DNA of 25,562 bases from an uncultured Deinococcales bacterium (lineage in GTDB: Bacteria; Deinococcota; Deinococci; Deinococcales; JAAFIG01), in contig CAXTTL010000044.1 in assembly GCA_964247135.1 (NCBI GenBank), positions 1-25,562 on the forward strand, in the 5' to 3' direction. Both the position numbers and the translations under genes were made by a program. This document shows positions 9,490 through 18,713 of the stretch, one piece after another (position 1 is the stretch's first letter; every line of letters starts with the position of its first letter). Below the pieces are notes generated by a model. The model was not told the DNA's origin. It did not search any database and was given only the letters and a program-made list of their open reading frames with translations.

Positions 9490-9536
9490 CCCTCATCCGG
9501 CTCGTTCCTCGCCACCTTCTCCCCAAGGGGAGAAGG
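9490..9536 (+). repeat. REP-like element of the CCCTCATCC..CCTTCTCCC..GGGAGAAGG type
   Basis: CCCTCATCCGGC..GCCACCTTCTCCCC-aa-GGGGAGAAGG hairpin; related to the elements at 9574 and 24705. Confidence 0.75.
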
Positions 9537-9573
9537 AAATTCAAAAACCTCGAGCTTCACATGTAAAACAATC

Positions 9574-9656
9574 AAACTCCCTTCTCTCGATGTTGAGAGA
9601 AGCGCCCCAAGCCCGAAGGTGCTGCCGTAAGGGGCAAGAAGGGTTGGGGATGAGAG
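9574..9656 (+). repeat. REP-like palindrome (host B) interrupted by a 39-bp insertion
   Basis: Removing 9602-9640 restores the perfect stem CCCTTCTCTC-gatgtt-GAGAGAAGGG and gives 41/44 identity to the host at 24705-24784. Confidence 0.9.
9602..9640 (+). mobile_element. Small structured insertion E1
   Basis: GCGCCCCAAGCCCGAAGGTGCTGCCGTAAGGGGCAAGAA; absent at the equivalent position of the 24.7-kb host copy. Confidence 0.75.
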
Positions 9657-9726
9657 CAGAAAAAGCAATTGCTGATTTTGGTATTTGAACAGTAAAAATT
9701 AAAAATAACCACCAAGGAGCAAACCT

Positions 9727-11256
9727 GTGAGCAACCCAACCAGCCAACCAGACCTCGAGATCAGCCTTCACGAACAAACCGTTGCGCGGTTGAACAACGC
9801 CGACGCGATTGTGGCGGCGGGTTTTGAACGCTTTCCGTACAGTTATAACCAAACCCATCATGCCGATCAGTTGCACAAATTACACCCCGCGCCGCTCGAG
9901 CCTGGGCAAGAGTGGCTGGCAGAAAAAGTCGGCGTGGCGGGGCGCGTCATGGCGTGGCGCGACATTGGCAAACTGATTTTTGCCAGTTTGCAAGACGAGA
10001 CTGGACGGATTCAGTTGTTCATGTCCAAAAACGAACTCGAGCATTTTGATGTGGCAAAAAAGATTGACCTGGGCGATATCATCGGGGTTTCGGGGCATCT
10101 CATCACGACCAAATCGGGTGAGTTGTCGATCAAGGCGACCAGTTTCACGCCGCTGGTGAAGTCCTTGCACCCGCTGCCGAGCGATTACTATGGTTTGACG
10201 GATGTTGAAACGCGTTACCGTCAGCGTTATTTGGATTTGATCGTCAATCCAGATTCTCGGGCGGTCTTCAAGGCGCGTTCCAAGACCCTGCGGTTTATCC
10301 GGGATTTTTATGAGGCTCGAGATTTCATGGAGGTCGAAGGTCCGACGCTGCAAGCGATTGCGGGCGGGACTGAAGCCAAACCTTTTAAGACGCATCACAA
10401 TGCGCTGGGTCACACGTTTAACTTGCGGATCGCGCTCGAGCTGCATTTGAAGCGCTTGTTGGTCGGCGGCTTCGAGCGGGTCTATGAAATTGGGCGCGTG
10501 TACCGCAATGAAGGCATTGATCTGACCCACAATCCAGAGTTCACGATGCTCGAGTTGTACTGGGCATACGCGGATTACAGGGATATGGCGAAGATGACCG
10601 AGGATTTGTTCCGTGGGTTGGCGCTTGAGGTGACGGGCGGCACGATGCTGGAGTTTGAGGGTAAAACACTGGATTTTGGAGCGCCGTTCAACGAAATCGA
10701 TTACGTTGAAGGCTTAAAGAAGCACGTGCCCGATTTGGATTTTGACCCGCTCGAGCTTTCAAAACTGCGGGCGTTTTGTGACGCGCGTTACCCGCAGTGG
10801 AAGGGGGTGCCCGATTACAAGTTGCTGGACAAGTTGTTCGGCGAGTACGTCGAACCGCTCTTGGTCAACCCGACGTTTGTCATGAATCACCCACTGGCGA
10901 TCAGCCCGCTGACCAAGCCTCACCGTTCCAAACCCGGTCTGACCGAACGCTTTGAATTGTTCGTGGCTGGTTTTGAGGTCGCCAACGCCTACAGCGAGTT
11001 GAACGATGCCGCCGAACAACGCGCCAGGTTTGAAGCCCAAAGCGCCCGCCGCGACGCTGGCGACGACGAAGCGCACGAGCAAGACGAGGATTTTTTGGTC
11101 TCGCTCGAGTACGGAATGCCGCCCGCCGCTGGCATTGGCATCGGCATTGACCGCCTGGTGATGCTTTTGACCAACCGTGTCAGCATCCGTGACGTGCTGT
11201 TATTTCCACTCTTAAAACCCGAGAAGGTTGCCACCACAAATGAAGGGCTAGCGTAA
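9727..11256 (+). CDS. lysS: Lysyl-tRNA synthetase, class II
   Basis: [50 protein letters not shown] start after AAGGAG. Confidence 0.98.
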   Translation: MSNPTSQPDLEISLHEQTVARLNNADAIVAAGFERFPYSYNQTHHADQLHKLHPAPLEPGQEWLAEKVGVAGRVMAWRDIGKLIFASLQDETGRIQLFMSKNELEHFDVAKKIDLGDIIGVSGHLITTKSGELSIKATSFTPLVKSLHPLPSDYYGLTDVETRYRQRYLDLIVNPDSRAVFKARSKTLRFIRDFYEARDFMEVEGPTLQAIAGGTEAKPFKTHHNALGHTFNLRIALELHLKRLLVGGFERVYEIGRVYRNEGIDLTHNPEFTMLELYWAYADYRDMAKMTEDLFRGLALEVTGGTMLEFEGKTLDFGAPFNEIDYVEGLKKHVPDLDFDPLELSKLRAFCDARYPQWKGVPDYKLLDKLFGEYVEPLLVNPTFVMNHPLAISPLTKPHRSKPGLTERFELFVAGFEVANAYSELNDAAEQRARFEAQSARRDAGDDEAHEQDEDFLVSLEYGMPPAAGIGIGIDRLVMLLTNRVSIRDVLLFPLLKPEKVATTNEGLA

Positions 11257-11268
11257 GATGCAAGCGTT

Positions 11269-11628
11269 GTGATACTCGTTCGGATGACCGACAAAGCCAG
11301 TTGGGAACGAGCCAAAACCTTGGGCGTCTTTCACGGCGAACTCGAGGATCAAGGCTTTGTTCACCTTTTAGAGCCAGATCAAGTCCTGAAAATTGCCAAT
11401 GCTTCTTTTGCTGGACGCGAGGATTTGCTGTTGTTGGTCTTGCACCGTGCCAGGGTTCGCTCGAGTATTTTTGAAGCTGACCTTTACAAGACGGGGGAAT
11501 TGTTCCCTCATATTTTGGGGACGCTCAACCTCGAGGCGGTGATGATGGTGCTTGATTTTCCACCGTCCGACGATGGGACGTTTAAAATGCCAATGCGTTT
11601 GACGATGTTGATGCAAAAATTCTTATGA
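11269..11628 (+). CDS. DUF952 family protein
   Basis: W..A..G.F..LEDQGFVHL..QVLKIAN..ELFPHILGTLNLEAV. Confidence 0.85.
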   Translation: MILVRMTDKASWERAKTLGVFHGELEDQGFVHLLEPDQVLKIANASFAGREDLLLLVLHRARVRSSIFEADLYKTGELFPHILGTLNLEAVMMVLDFPPSDDGTFKMPMRLTMLMQKFL

Positions 11629-11658
11629 GATCAATTGCCATGACGCACCAATATTTTT

Positions 11659-11720
11659 GTAGGGGCGCTGCGACCATGCCCGTAAGGTGCATTTTATGGT
11701 CAAAAAGCTTGCTGCGCCCT
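11659..11720 (+). repeat. GTAG-type REP palindrome (host A) carrying 37-bp insertion E2 (11670-11706)
   Basis: 60/62 identical to 21072-21133; flanks rejoin to a GTAGGGGCGC..GCTTGCTGCGCCCT hairpin. Confidence 0.92.
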
Positions 11721-11737
11721 AAAATTATGGTGCTGCC

Positions 11738-12586
11738 ATGACTGAAACCTCGAGCGGAATCGTTTATCTGGTACCCACACCGATTGGGAACTTGGGCGAC
11801 ATCACGTTGCGGGCACTCGAGGTTCTGAAATCGGTGGATGCCATTGCCTGCGAGGACACACGACACTCGAGAAGGTTACTCACACATTTTGGCATCAACA
11901 AACCCCTCGAGCGTCTGGACGCACACACAATGGGGGCTAGGGCGGCGTATGTGCTGGGCAAATACACGCGTTTGGCGTTCGTCAGCGATGCGGGAACGCC
12001 TGGCTTGTCCGACCCTGGGGCAGAACTGGTGTCGGTGGCGCTCGAGTTGGGGTACAAAATCGAGGCGTTGCCTGGGGCAACCGCGCTCGTGCCAGCGCTG
12101 GTCTTGTCGGGTTTATCCACCGCTCGGTTTACGTATTTCGGGTTTCTGCCGCGCTCTGGGCGCGAACGGCGCGAACGCATTGCCGAGATTGCATCCTCGA
12201 GCATCACCAGCGCGATTTACGAAAGTCCGCACCGTCTGCTCGAAACGCTGACAGATTTGGGTCAAGCTTGCGGGGTCACTCGAGCTTGTGCGGTGGTGCG
12301 GGAACTGACCAAATTGCACGAGGAGGTTTTCAGGGGCAGTCTCGAACAAACGTTTGACCACTTCCAACGGGGGCAGATTCGTGGTGAAATTGTGATTGTT
12401 GTTGCGGGACTCGAACCAAACAATGCAGCTCCAGACCACACCAGCTTTGAAACCAAGGCTTTGGAACTGGCAAAAGATCAGAAAACAGCCAGGGACATTC
12501 GAGAAATACTGCAAAATTTGGGTTTGGACCGCAACAAAGCCTATGAAATCGCGCTCGGGGCAATCTCGAGCATCAAGCAAGAATAA
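11738..12586 (+). CDS. rsmI: 16S rRNA C1402 2'-O-methyltransferase
   Basis: [52 protein letters not shown]. Confidence 0.96.
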   Translation: MTETSSGIVYLVPTPIGNLGDITLRALEVLKSVDAIACEDTRHSRRLLTHFGINKPLERLDAHTMGARAAYVLGKYTRLAFVSDAGTPGLSDPGAELVSVALELGYKIEALPGATALVPALVLSGLSTARFTYFGFLPRSGRERRERIAEIASSSITSAIYESPHRLLETLTDLGQACGVTRACAVVRELTKLHEEVFRGSLEQTFDHFQRGQIRGEIVIVVAGLEPNNAAPDHTSFETKALELAKDQKTARDIREILQNLGLDRNKAYEIALGAISSIKQE

Positions 12587-12629
12587 TTGTTCGAGGGAGA
12601 ATTGTGATGAAACACGATCAGAGGGACGT

Positions 12630-13595
12630 ATGAAACGAATCGGTGTACTCACCTCTGGCGGTGACGCCCCAGGCATGAACGCCGCCATCCGAGCCGTGGT
12701 TCGCACGTCCACGGCGCACGAGCTTGAAGTCATGGGCATCAAACGTGGTTTCGCGGGCATGATCGACGGCGAATTTAGCAAAATGGGTCCTCGAGATGTC
12801 GCCAACACCATTCAACGTGGTGGCACGGTACTGCTGACGGCTCGTTGCAAAGCCTTTTATGAACCCGAAGGTCGCGCCCGAGCGGCGGCACAACTCAAGG
12901 GCGCTGGGATTGAAGGTTTGGTGGTGATCGGCGGTGACGGTTCGTTTCATGGGGCGCATTACCTGTGCCAAGAACACGGCATCAAGGTGATGGGCGTGCC
13001 TGGCACCATTGACAACGACTTGTACGGCACCGATGCGACCATCGGTTACGACACGGCATTGAACACCGCCCTCGCCGCGATTGACCGCATTCGGGACACT
13101 GCCGCCAGCCACGAACGCCTGTTTTTTATTGAGGTCATGGGACGCCACGCCGGTTTTATCGCCCTGAGCGTCGGCATTGCCGGCGGCGCCGAAGAAATTT
13201 TAATTCCCGAACAACCCGAGCACCTCGATCAGGTCATCGAAACCGTGCGCATGAGCGCCTTAAAAGGCAAAGCCTCGAGCATCATCGTGGTGGCTGAAGG
13301 CTTCGAGGGCGGCGGCTTGAAAGTCATGGAAGCCGTCTCCAAAGCCACAGGTCTGGACGCTCGAGCCAGCATTTTGGGGCATGTGCAACGCGGTGGCAGC
13401 CCCACGGCGGCGGATCGTATCCTTGCCTCGAGGCTCGGTTATGCGGCGGTTGAGGCGTTGATTGAAGGCAAAACCGATTTGATGGCGGGTGTGGTCGCCG
13501 ATGAGATTCATTTCACGCCGCTGCATGAAACCTGGGAAAAACGCAAGGATGTCAACCAGAAAATGCGGCAGATGGCGAAGGTTTTGGCATTGTAG
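12630..13595 (+). CDS. pfkA: ATP-dependent 6-phosphofructokinase
   Basis: [46 protein letters not shown]. Confidence 0.98.
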   Translation: MKRIGVLTSGGDAPGMNAAIRAVVRTSTAHELEVMGIKRGFAGMIDGEFSKMGPRDVANTIQRGGTVLLTARCKAFYEPEGRARAAAQLKGAGIEGLVVIGGDGSFHGAHYLCQEHGIKVMGVPGTIDNDLYGTDATIGYDTALNTALAAIDRIRDTAASHERLFFIEVMGRHAGFIALSVGIAGGAEEILIPEQPEHLDQVIETVRMSALKGKASSIIVVAEGFEGGGLKVMEAVSKATGLDARASILGHVQRGGSPTAADRILASRLGYAAVEALIEGKTDLMAGVVADEIHFTPLHETWEKRKDVNQKMRQMAKVLAL

Positions 13596-13635
13596 GCAGA
13601 TCACCACAACTTTTTCGGTATGATTAAAGCTCGAG

Positions 13636-14811
13636 ATGAAAGATTATGCGCTCCGCAACTCGAGCTTTTTACCCTCAGCCTTTGGCGAGATGACACTTCT
13701 TGCTGCGCAGCACGGGGCGGTCAATCTTGGGCAGGGTTTTCCCGATTTTGCGCCGCCCGATTTTGTGCTCCAAGCCGCCAAGGAAGCTTTCAATGGCAAG
13801 TTGCATCAGTATGCCCCGCCAAGAGGTCACGGGCGGCTTCAAGAGGCTTTGGCGCGAACCCTCGAACCAAGTTTGGGATTTGCCCCAGACCCAACGCTCG
13901 AGGTCACCGTGCATTGCGGCGCAACCCAAGCCCTTCACGCGACCATGCAAGCGTTACTCGAGCCAGGCGATGAGGTGATTGTGCTCGAGCCGCAATTTGA
14001 CACGTACACGCCGCAGGTTTTGTTGGCTGGTGGCGTGCCTATTTACGTGCCGCTTCATCCGCTAGAGACGGGCTGGGAACTTGATTTCTCTGAACTTCGT
14101 GCCGCCTGCTCGAGTCGTACAAAATTGATGCTCTTGAACACGCCGCACAATCCCACGGGCAAGGTTTTTAACCGCGCCGAACTCGAGCAAATTGCCGAGA
14201 TTGCGCTTGAGTTTGATTTTTACGTGATCGCGGATGAAGTCTATGATCGTTTGGTGTACGGCGTGGAGCATGTCTCGATTGCCCGTTTGCCAGGAATGCG
14301 TGACCGCACGATCACGATTGGTTCGGCTGGGAAAATGTTCTCGGTGACGGGTTGGCGCATCGGGTGGACGGTCTCGAGCACTGCCATTGCCAGCGCGATT
14401 CGGGCAGGTTTGCAATGGACGACCTTTGCAGCGGCGACACCAGTTCAAGAAGCCATCGCTTTGTGCCTCGAGCGCATGAAAGACGAAAATTACGAACACG
14501 AATTTCGCTCGAGTTTCCTGAAAAAACGTAACTTTTTAGCCGCCGCGCTCGAGGGTGCAGGTTTTAAAGTTTGGCAACCCGAAGGCGCGTATTACATTGT
14601 TGCCGATGCCTCGAGATTTACGCATGACGCGAACGCTTTTTCAAAACGTCTGGTCACCGAATTTCAACTTGCCGCCATGCCGATGAGCGTGTTCTATTCG
14701 GCTGGCACCCGAGAAACCGCCATTGCTGGTTTTCGGTTTGCGTTTTGCAAATCCGAAGAAACCCTGGCTCGAGCTGCCGAAAAACTCGAGTTGTTGCGCA
14801 GCAGTCATTGA
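13636..14811 (+). CDS. Class I/II PLP aminotransferase (YbdL/kynurenine-glutamine transaminase-like)
   Basis: NLGQGFPDF, NTPHNPTGKV, DEVYD, SAGKMFSVTGWRIG, RFAFCK. Confidence 0.92.
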   Translation: MKDYALRNSSFLPSAFGEMTLLAAQHGAVNLGQGFPDFAPPDFVLQAAKEAFNGKLHQYAPPRGHGRLQEALARTLEPSLGFAPDPTLEVTVHCGATQALHATMQALLEPGDEVIVLEPQFDTYTPQVLLAGGVPIYVPLHPLETGWELDFSELRAACSSRTKLMLLNTPHNPTGKVFNRAELEQIAEIALEFDFYVIADEVYDRLVYGVEHVSIARLPGMRDRTITIGSAGKMFSVTGWRIGWTVSSTAIASAIRAGLQWTTFAAATPVQEAIALCLERMKDENYEHEFRSSFLKKRNFLAAALEGAGFKVWQPEGAYYIVADASRFTHDANAFSKRLVTEFQLAAMPMSVFYSAGTRETAIAGFRFAFCKSEETLARAAEKLELLRSSH

Positions 14812-14862
14812 TTCTGAAGGTTGTCTCACGATAAAAACATCAAGTTTTGTTGATATTGGGTT

Positions 14863-15102
14863 ATGTATTCCGATATTCTGCCGCCCTGGGTTCAATTTCC
14901 CGACAAACCGCCGTGGTGGGCTGGTTGGCGCGAAGGCAACAGTGAATTGTGGCTGCATGAAGCCTGGTTCCCGTTCTGGTATGCCATGTCACGCCTCGAA
15001 CAATTGCAGTATTTGGCATCTCGGCGCGTTCCCGACGATTGGATTGACCATGTGCTCGAGTTTTGGGTGCACGATGAACTTGACCCGAACCTGCCAAAAT
15101 GA
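14863..15102 (+). CDS. Small Trp/Pro-rich hypothetical protein (79 aa)
   Basis: Fills the intergenic gap in the same orientation as its neighbours; PPW..P..PW..GWREG..E.W pattern. Confidence 0.6.
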   Translation: MYSDILPPWVQFPDKPPWWAGWREGNSELWLHEAWFPFWYAMSRLEQLQYLASRRVPDDWIDHVLEFWVHDELDPNLPK

Positions 15103-15147
15103 TATGAATAAGTATGCACTCGAGTGAATAAAGCTCGAGCATTCACA
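15080..15147 (+). promoter_or_regulatory. Putative argG promoter with ARG boxes (ArgR operator)
   Basis: TTGACC, 17 bp, TATGAA; box TATGAATAAGTATGCACT (15103-15120) fits the TGAAT-N4-ATTCA consensus; a second half-site TGAAT starts at 15125. Confidence 0.7.
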
Positions 15148-15151
15148 AACC

Positions 15152-15178
15152 ATGACCATCAACCGACGACCAGCCTAA
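15152..15178 (+). CDS. Candidate leader peptide MTINRRPA
   Basis: ATG ACC ATC AAC CGA CGA CCA GCC TAA in the argG leader; no clear SD. Confidence 0.45.
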   Translation: MTINRRPA

Positions 15179-15258
15179 ACTCGAGCGCCCAAATCTGGGA
15201 TGGCTCGAGCTTGTCGCTGGCGGTTTATGCTGTCTGCAAGAATCGGAGGAATATTAAA

Positions 15259-16461
15259 ATGTCTGACAAGAAAAAAGTGGTACTCGCCTACAGCGGTGGC
15301 TTGGACACCAGCATGATCTTAAAGTGGCTTCAACTCGAGCGCGATTACGAAGTCGTGTGCTTCACCGCCGACATCGGGCAGGGCGAAGAGGTCGAGGAGG
15401 CTCGAGTCAAAGCCCTCAACACGGGCGCAGTTGCCGCTTACGCCCTGGATTTACGCGAAGAATTCGTGCGCGATTTTGTCTTCCCGATGCAACGATCCTC
15501 GAGCTTGTACGAAGGGTATTACCTGCTCGGCACAAGCATCGCTCGACCGCTGATTGCCAAGCATCTTGTCGAGATCGCCTTCAAAGAAAACGCCGAAGCC
15601 ATCTCACACGGCGCGACCGGCAAAGGCAACGACCAAGTACGTTTTGAAATCAGCGCCTACGCCTTAAACCCAGAAATCAAAATCATTGCCCCCTGGCGCG
15701 AATGGGGACAAAGTGGGCGCAAAGAACTGATGGAATTTGCCGCCAAACACAACATTCCCGTTCCAGTAAGCGCCGCCAAACCCTACAGCGTAGACTCGAA
15801 CTTGTTGCACAACAGCTTTGAAGGCGGAATTCTCGAGGACCCGTGGGCTGAGCCGCCAACTGGCATGTTCAAACTGACCAAGTACATTGAAGACACCCCA
15901 AACACTCCCGAATACGTCGAAATCGAATTTGTCGCAGGCGATCCTGTCGCCATCAACGGCGAGAAATTAAGTCCAGCCGCACTGCTCGAGAAAGCCAACC
16001 AAATCGCGGGCAATCACGGCATTGGCGTGGTGGATTTGGTCGAGAATCGTTTTGTCGGCATGAAGTCCAGAGGGGTTTACGAAACTCCAGGCGGCACGCT
16101 CTTGTACCACGCCCGTCGCGCCGTCGAAAGCATCACGCTCGACCGCGAAGTGCTGCACACTCGAGACAGTATGCAAGCCAAATACGCCGAATTGGTTTAC
16201 AACGGTTTTTGGTTTACCGCTGAACGCGAATCCATGCAAGTTTATTTTGACCATGTGGCAAAAAGCACCACAGGCATTGCCCGCATGAAAATGTTCAAAG
16301 GTCAAGCGTTGGTGGTTGGACGCAAATCCCCGATCAGCCTGTACGACCCGACGCTGGTCACGTTTGAGAAAGAAACCGTCTACGACCAAGCCGATGCTGG
16401 CGGGTTTATCAAACTGAACGCCCTTCGTGCTCGAGTTCGCGCGAGGTTGCAAAAGGATTGA
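15259..16461 (+). CDS. argG: Argininosuccinate synthase
   Basis: [50 protein letters not shown] before ATG 15259. Confidence 0.98.
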   Translation: MSDKKKVVLAYSGGLDTSMILKWLQLERDYEVVCFTADIGQGEEVEEARVKALNTGAVAAYALDLREEFVRDFVFPMQRSSSLYEGYYLLGTSIARPLIAKHLVEIAFKENAEAISHGATGKGNDQVRFEISAYALNPEIKIIAPWREWGQSGRKELMEFAAKHNIPVPVSAAKPYSVDSNLLHNSFEGGILEDPWAEPPTGMFKLTKYIEDTPNTPEYVEIEFVAGDPVAINGEKLSPAALLEKANQIAGNHGIGVVDLVENRFVGMKSRGVYETPGGTLLYHARRAVESITLDREVLHTRDSMQAKYAELVYNGFWFTAERESMQVYFDHVAKSTTGIARMKMFKGQALVVGRKSPISLYDPTLVTFEKETVYDQADAGGFIKLNALRARVRARLQKD

Positions 16462-16516
16462 ATTCGGCTGTGAAATGATAGTTGATGCTCGAGTTTAGGC
16501 AGGTTGCAAAAGGATT
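16428..16516 (+). repeat. Imperfect direct duplication of the argG 3' end
   Basis: TGCTCGAGTT-cgcgcg-AGGTTGCAAAAGGATT (16428-16459) versus TGCTCGAGTT-taggc-AGGTTGCAAAAGGATT (16486-16516). Confidence 0.88.
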
Positions 16517-16549
16517 AAGAGCATCTACAATAAGCAAAAGAGGTGAATT

Positions 16550-16798
16550 ATGACACTCGAGATTAGTGAAAACACCATGCGAATGCTTGAAGCTGAAGCA
16601 GCCCGCCAGCACACCAAACCAGAAGTTTTGGCAGATGAATTCATCCAAATTGGAATCACCAAATCTCTGGAAAATTCAAAAGGCTTCAGCGCCTTTTTAG
16701 GGCTATGGTCAAACGCCGAAGCAGAAGAATTTAAACAAGCCATAGCTCCACTTTCCAGTGTGGATGAGGAGTTATGGCGTGAAAAAAATCTTGATTGA
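16550..16798 (+). CDS. vapB: Probable antitoxin (VapB-like)
   Basis: 82 aa; RHH-like N-terminus and acidic tail GLWSNAEAEEF..VDEELW; overlaps a PIN-domain gene. Confidence 0.75.
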   Translation: MTLEISENTMRMLEAEAARQHTKPEVLADEFIQIGITKSLENSKGFSAFLGLWSNAEAEEFKQAIAPLSSVDEELWREKNLD

Positions 16799-17174
16799 CA
16801 CAAATGCTTACTCCGAGCTGATAGAAGGCAACGTCAAAATTCAGGTTATTCTCGATGCCCACAGCGTTTGCATACCCCTGATCGTTATTGCAGAACTCAG
16901 GGCAGGATTTCAATACGGTTCAAGACAACAAAAGAACGAGCAAATTCTCAAAGCCTTTCTCGAGAAAGCTGAAGTGATCGCACCAAATTTAGAAACCACT
17001 ACCGAATACGCAAAGATTTATGCAGCGTTGCGTAAGGCTGGAAATCCAATACCAACCAATGACATTTGGATTGCAGCCATTGGCAAACAGTATGACCTGC
17101 CGCTTCTGACGTTGGATTCTCACTTTCGGTTTATCGATGGACTTGTGGTTGTGAATCCTCTCGAGAATTCGTAA
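16779..17174 (+). CDS. vapC: PIN-domain toxin
   Basis: ILIDTN, AELRAG, PIPTNDIWIAA, LLTLDSHF; GTG at 16779 after GAGGAG. Confidence 0.93.
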   Translation: MKKILIDTNAYSELIEGNVKIQVILDAHSVCIPLIVIAELRAGFQYGSRQQKNEQILKAFLEKAEVIAPNLETTTEYAKIYAALRKAGNPIPTNDIWIAAIGKQYDLPLLTLDSHFRFIDGLVVVNPLENS

Positions 17175-17196
17175 ACAATACTTTAGTGAAAGCAAA

Positions 17197-17751
17197 ATGA
17201 TTATGCCCAAGAAGAAAGTCATTTCAATGCTCGAGTTTTTACGAACAGGAATGTTTGGTGGATTGTCTGTTGGTGCCGATATTTCTAATTTACTCCCTCT
17301 TTTTGGCGAACCAACCTACATCAAAGATTACAGGGACTTTACAGCAAAATGGGCTTACGAAGACATGGAATTTTATGTAAATCTCGAGCTGCAAAAAGTT
17401 TACGGGATTATTATTAATGGTTTTCAAAACAGCGATGACCTAGGACGTTTCCCACGCGAAAACAAAGAATTTAAGATAGACCCCTGGGTTCTGCGTTGGG
17501 AATCAGGTTTATTGAACACAAAGAATGCTTTAGATTCAGTAAATTTGGAGTTTCTACAAATCCCTAACGCACCAAGCGAAGGTTATGAAACTTTTCGACT
17601 CAAATCGGGAACACAAATTATTTTTGCCGAAGAACCAGTTTGGGTAGATGGAAAACAAGTTTGGACTGAAAATCCAAGAATCGTTATTGATGCAATTATC
17701 AACACCAGTAGTGAACTGGCTAAAACTTCGTCTGATTTTCAATATTCATGA
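17197..17751 (+). CDS. Hypothetical protein (184 aa), AT-rich
   Basis: Long ORF closely packed in the operon; no motif recognised. Confidence 0.75.
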   Translation: MIMPKKKVISMLEFLRTGMFGGLSVGADISNLLPLFGEPTYIKDYRDFTAKWAYEDMEFYVNLELQKVYGIIINGFQNSDDLGRFPRENKEFKIDPWVLRWESGLLNTKNALDSVNLEFLQIPNAPSEGYETFRLKSGTQIIFAEEPVWVDGKQVWTENPRIVIDAIINTSSELAKTSSDFQYS

Positions 17752-17763
17752 AAGTTTATATCC

Positions 17764-18177
17764 GTGAATCTATCAAAACCTCAATTCTTTTTTGATCTCG
17801 AGCGTCCAACCATCGTGTGCTTGTGCGGTTCAACACGGTTTTATGATGTGTTTTCAATATTGAATCTCGAGGAAACCTTAGCTGGAAAAATCGTGCTTTC
17901 CATTGCGTCAGACCGTCAAACCGAAGACGAAATTTTTGCGACCATGAACGAACTTGAACTCGAGCAAGTCAAACAAAAACTCGAGAAACTGCATTACCAA
18001 AAAATTGATTTGGCAGACGAAATTCTGGTGGTGAACGTGAACGGTTATGTGGGTGAAAGTACCACTCGAGAAATTTTGTACGCTCGAGAAACCAAGAAAA
18101 CCGTTCGTTGGCTCGAGCCTGAAAATATACCCAATTGGTTTGACCTCAACTCTCGAGAGGAGCAAGTACGTGGTTGA
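17764..18177 (+). CDS. Nucleoside 2-deoxyribosyltransferase-like / DUF4406-like protein
   Basis: IVCLCGSTRF..LHYQKIDLADEILVVNVNGYVGESTTREILYA. Confidence 0.7.
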   Translation: MNLSKPQFFFDLERPTIVCLCGSTRFYDVFSILNLEETLAGKIVLSIASDRQTEDEIFATMNELELEQVKQKLEKLHYQKIDLADEILVVNVNGYVGESTTREILYARETKKTVRWLEPENIPNWFDLNSREEQVRG

Positions 18178-18682
18178 TTCATTTGCCCATTGTGGATACT
18201 GCGGGACAGCCTTCGCACCCGATCAGCCCGTTCACACTCGAGTCTGCTCGGGTTGTGGGCGCACCAGTTACCGCAACCCCACGCCCGTCGCGGTCACACT
18301 CGTCCCCGTTGCGCTCGAGACTGGAAGTGAAGGCTTGTTGGTGATTCGGCGCAGCATTCCACCCAAAGAAGGACAACTTGCTTTGCCTGGTGGTTTTATC
18401 AGTTACGGCGAATCCTGGCAAGTGGGCGCTGTTCGAGAAGTTTTTGAAGAAACAGGTTTGCAACTCGAGGCGGAATCAATTCGTTTGGCAAGTGTTTTAA
18501 GCGCTCCTGACAGCACCATTCTGATTTTTGGAATTGCGCCAGTTCAAGCTTCAAACGTGCTCGAGGGTTTGAGCATCTCGAGTGAAACGTCCGAGGTGGC
18601 GGTTTTAAAATCCTTTGCAGCTTTGGCTTTTCCGCTGCACACAAAAGTTGCTCAAGAATTTTTTGCTGGAACACTTCGTTAA
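18170..18682 (+). CDS. Zinc-ribbon NUDIX hydrolase
   Basis: CGYCG..CSGCG..YRNP and Nudix box GGFISYGESWQVGAVREVFEETGL; GTG 18170 after GAGGAG. Confidence 0.92.
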   Translation: MVDSFAHCGYCGTAFAPDQPVHTRVCSGCGRTSYRNPTPVAVTLVPVALETGSEGLLVIRRSIPPKEGQLALPGGFISYGESWQVGAVREVFEETGLQLEAESIRLASVLSAPDSTILIFGIAPVQASNVLEGLSISSETSEVAVLKSFAALAFPLHTKVAQEFFAGTLR

Positions 18683-18708
18683 GCTCGAGTTTAGGCATTG
18701 CAAAGGAT
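18683..18708 (+). repeat. Third degenerate copy of the argG 3'-end repeat
   Basis: GCTCGAGTTTAGGCA identical to 16487-16501 (15/15), followed by TTGCAAAGGAT. Confidence 0.8.
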
Positions 18709-18713
18709 GAAAC

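Noticed and set aside
9430-9668. Short ORFs in the gfh1-lysS spacer
   Set aside because: They are translations of the palindromic repeats, with no RBS or recognisable protein features
15124-15258. N-terminal extensions in the ORF track (argG here; also copZ, rplS, pfkA, NUDIX, argA, yceI)
   Set aside because: Family homology and good RBSs start at the downstream codons used in the feature list
16462-18713. Prophage or autonomous integrative element
   Set aside because: No integrase, transposase or phage structural gene is present in the window
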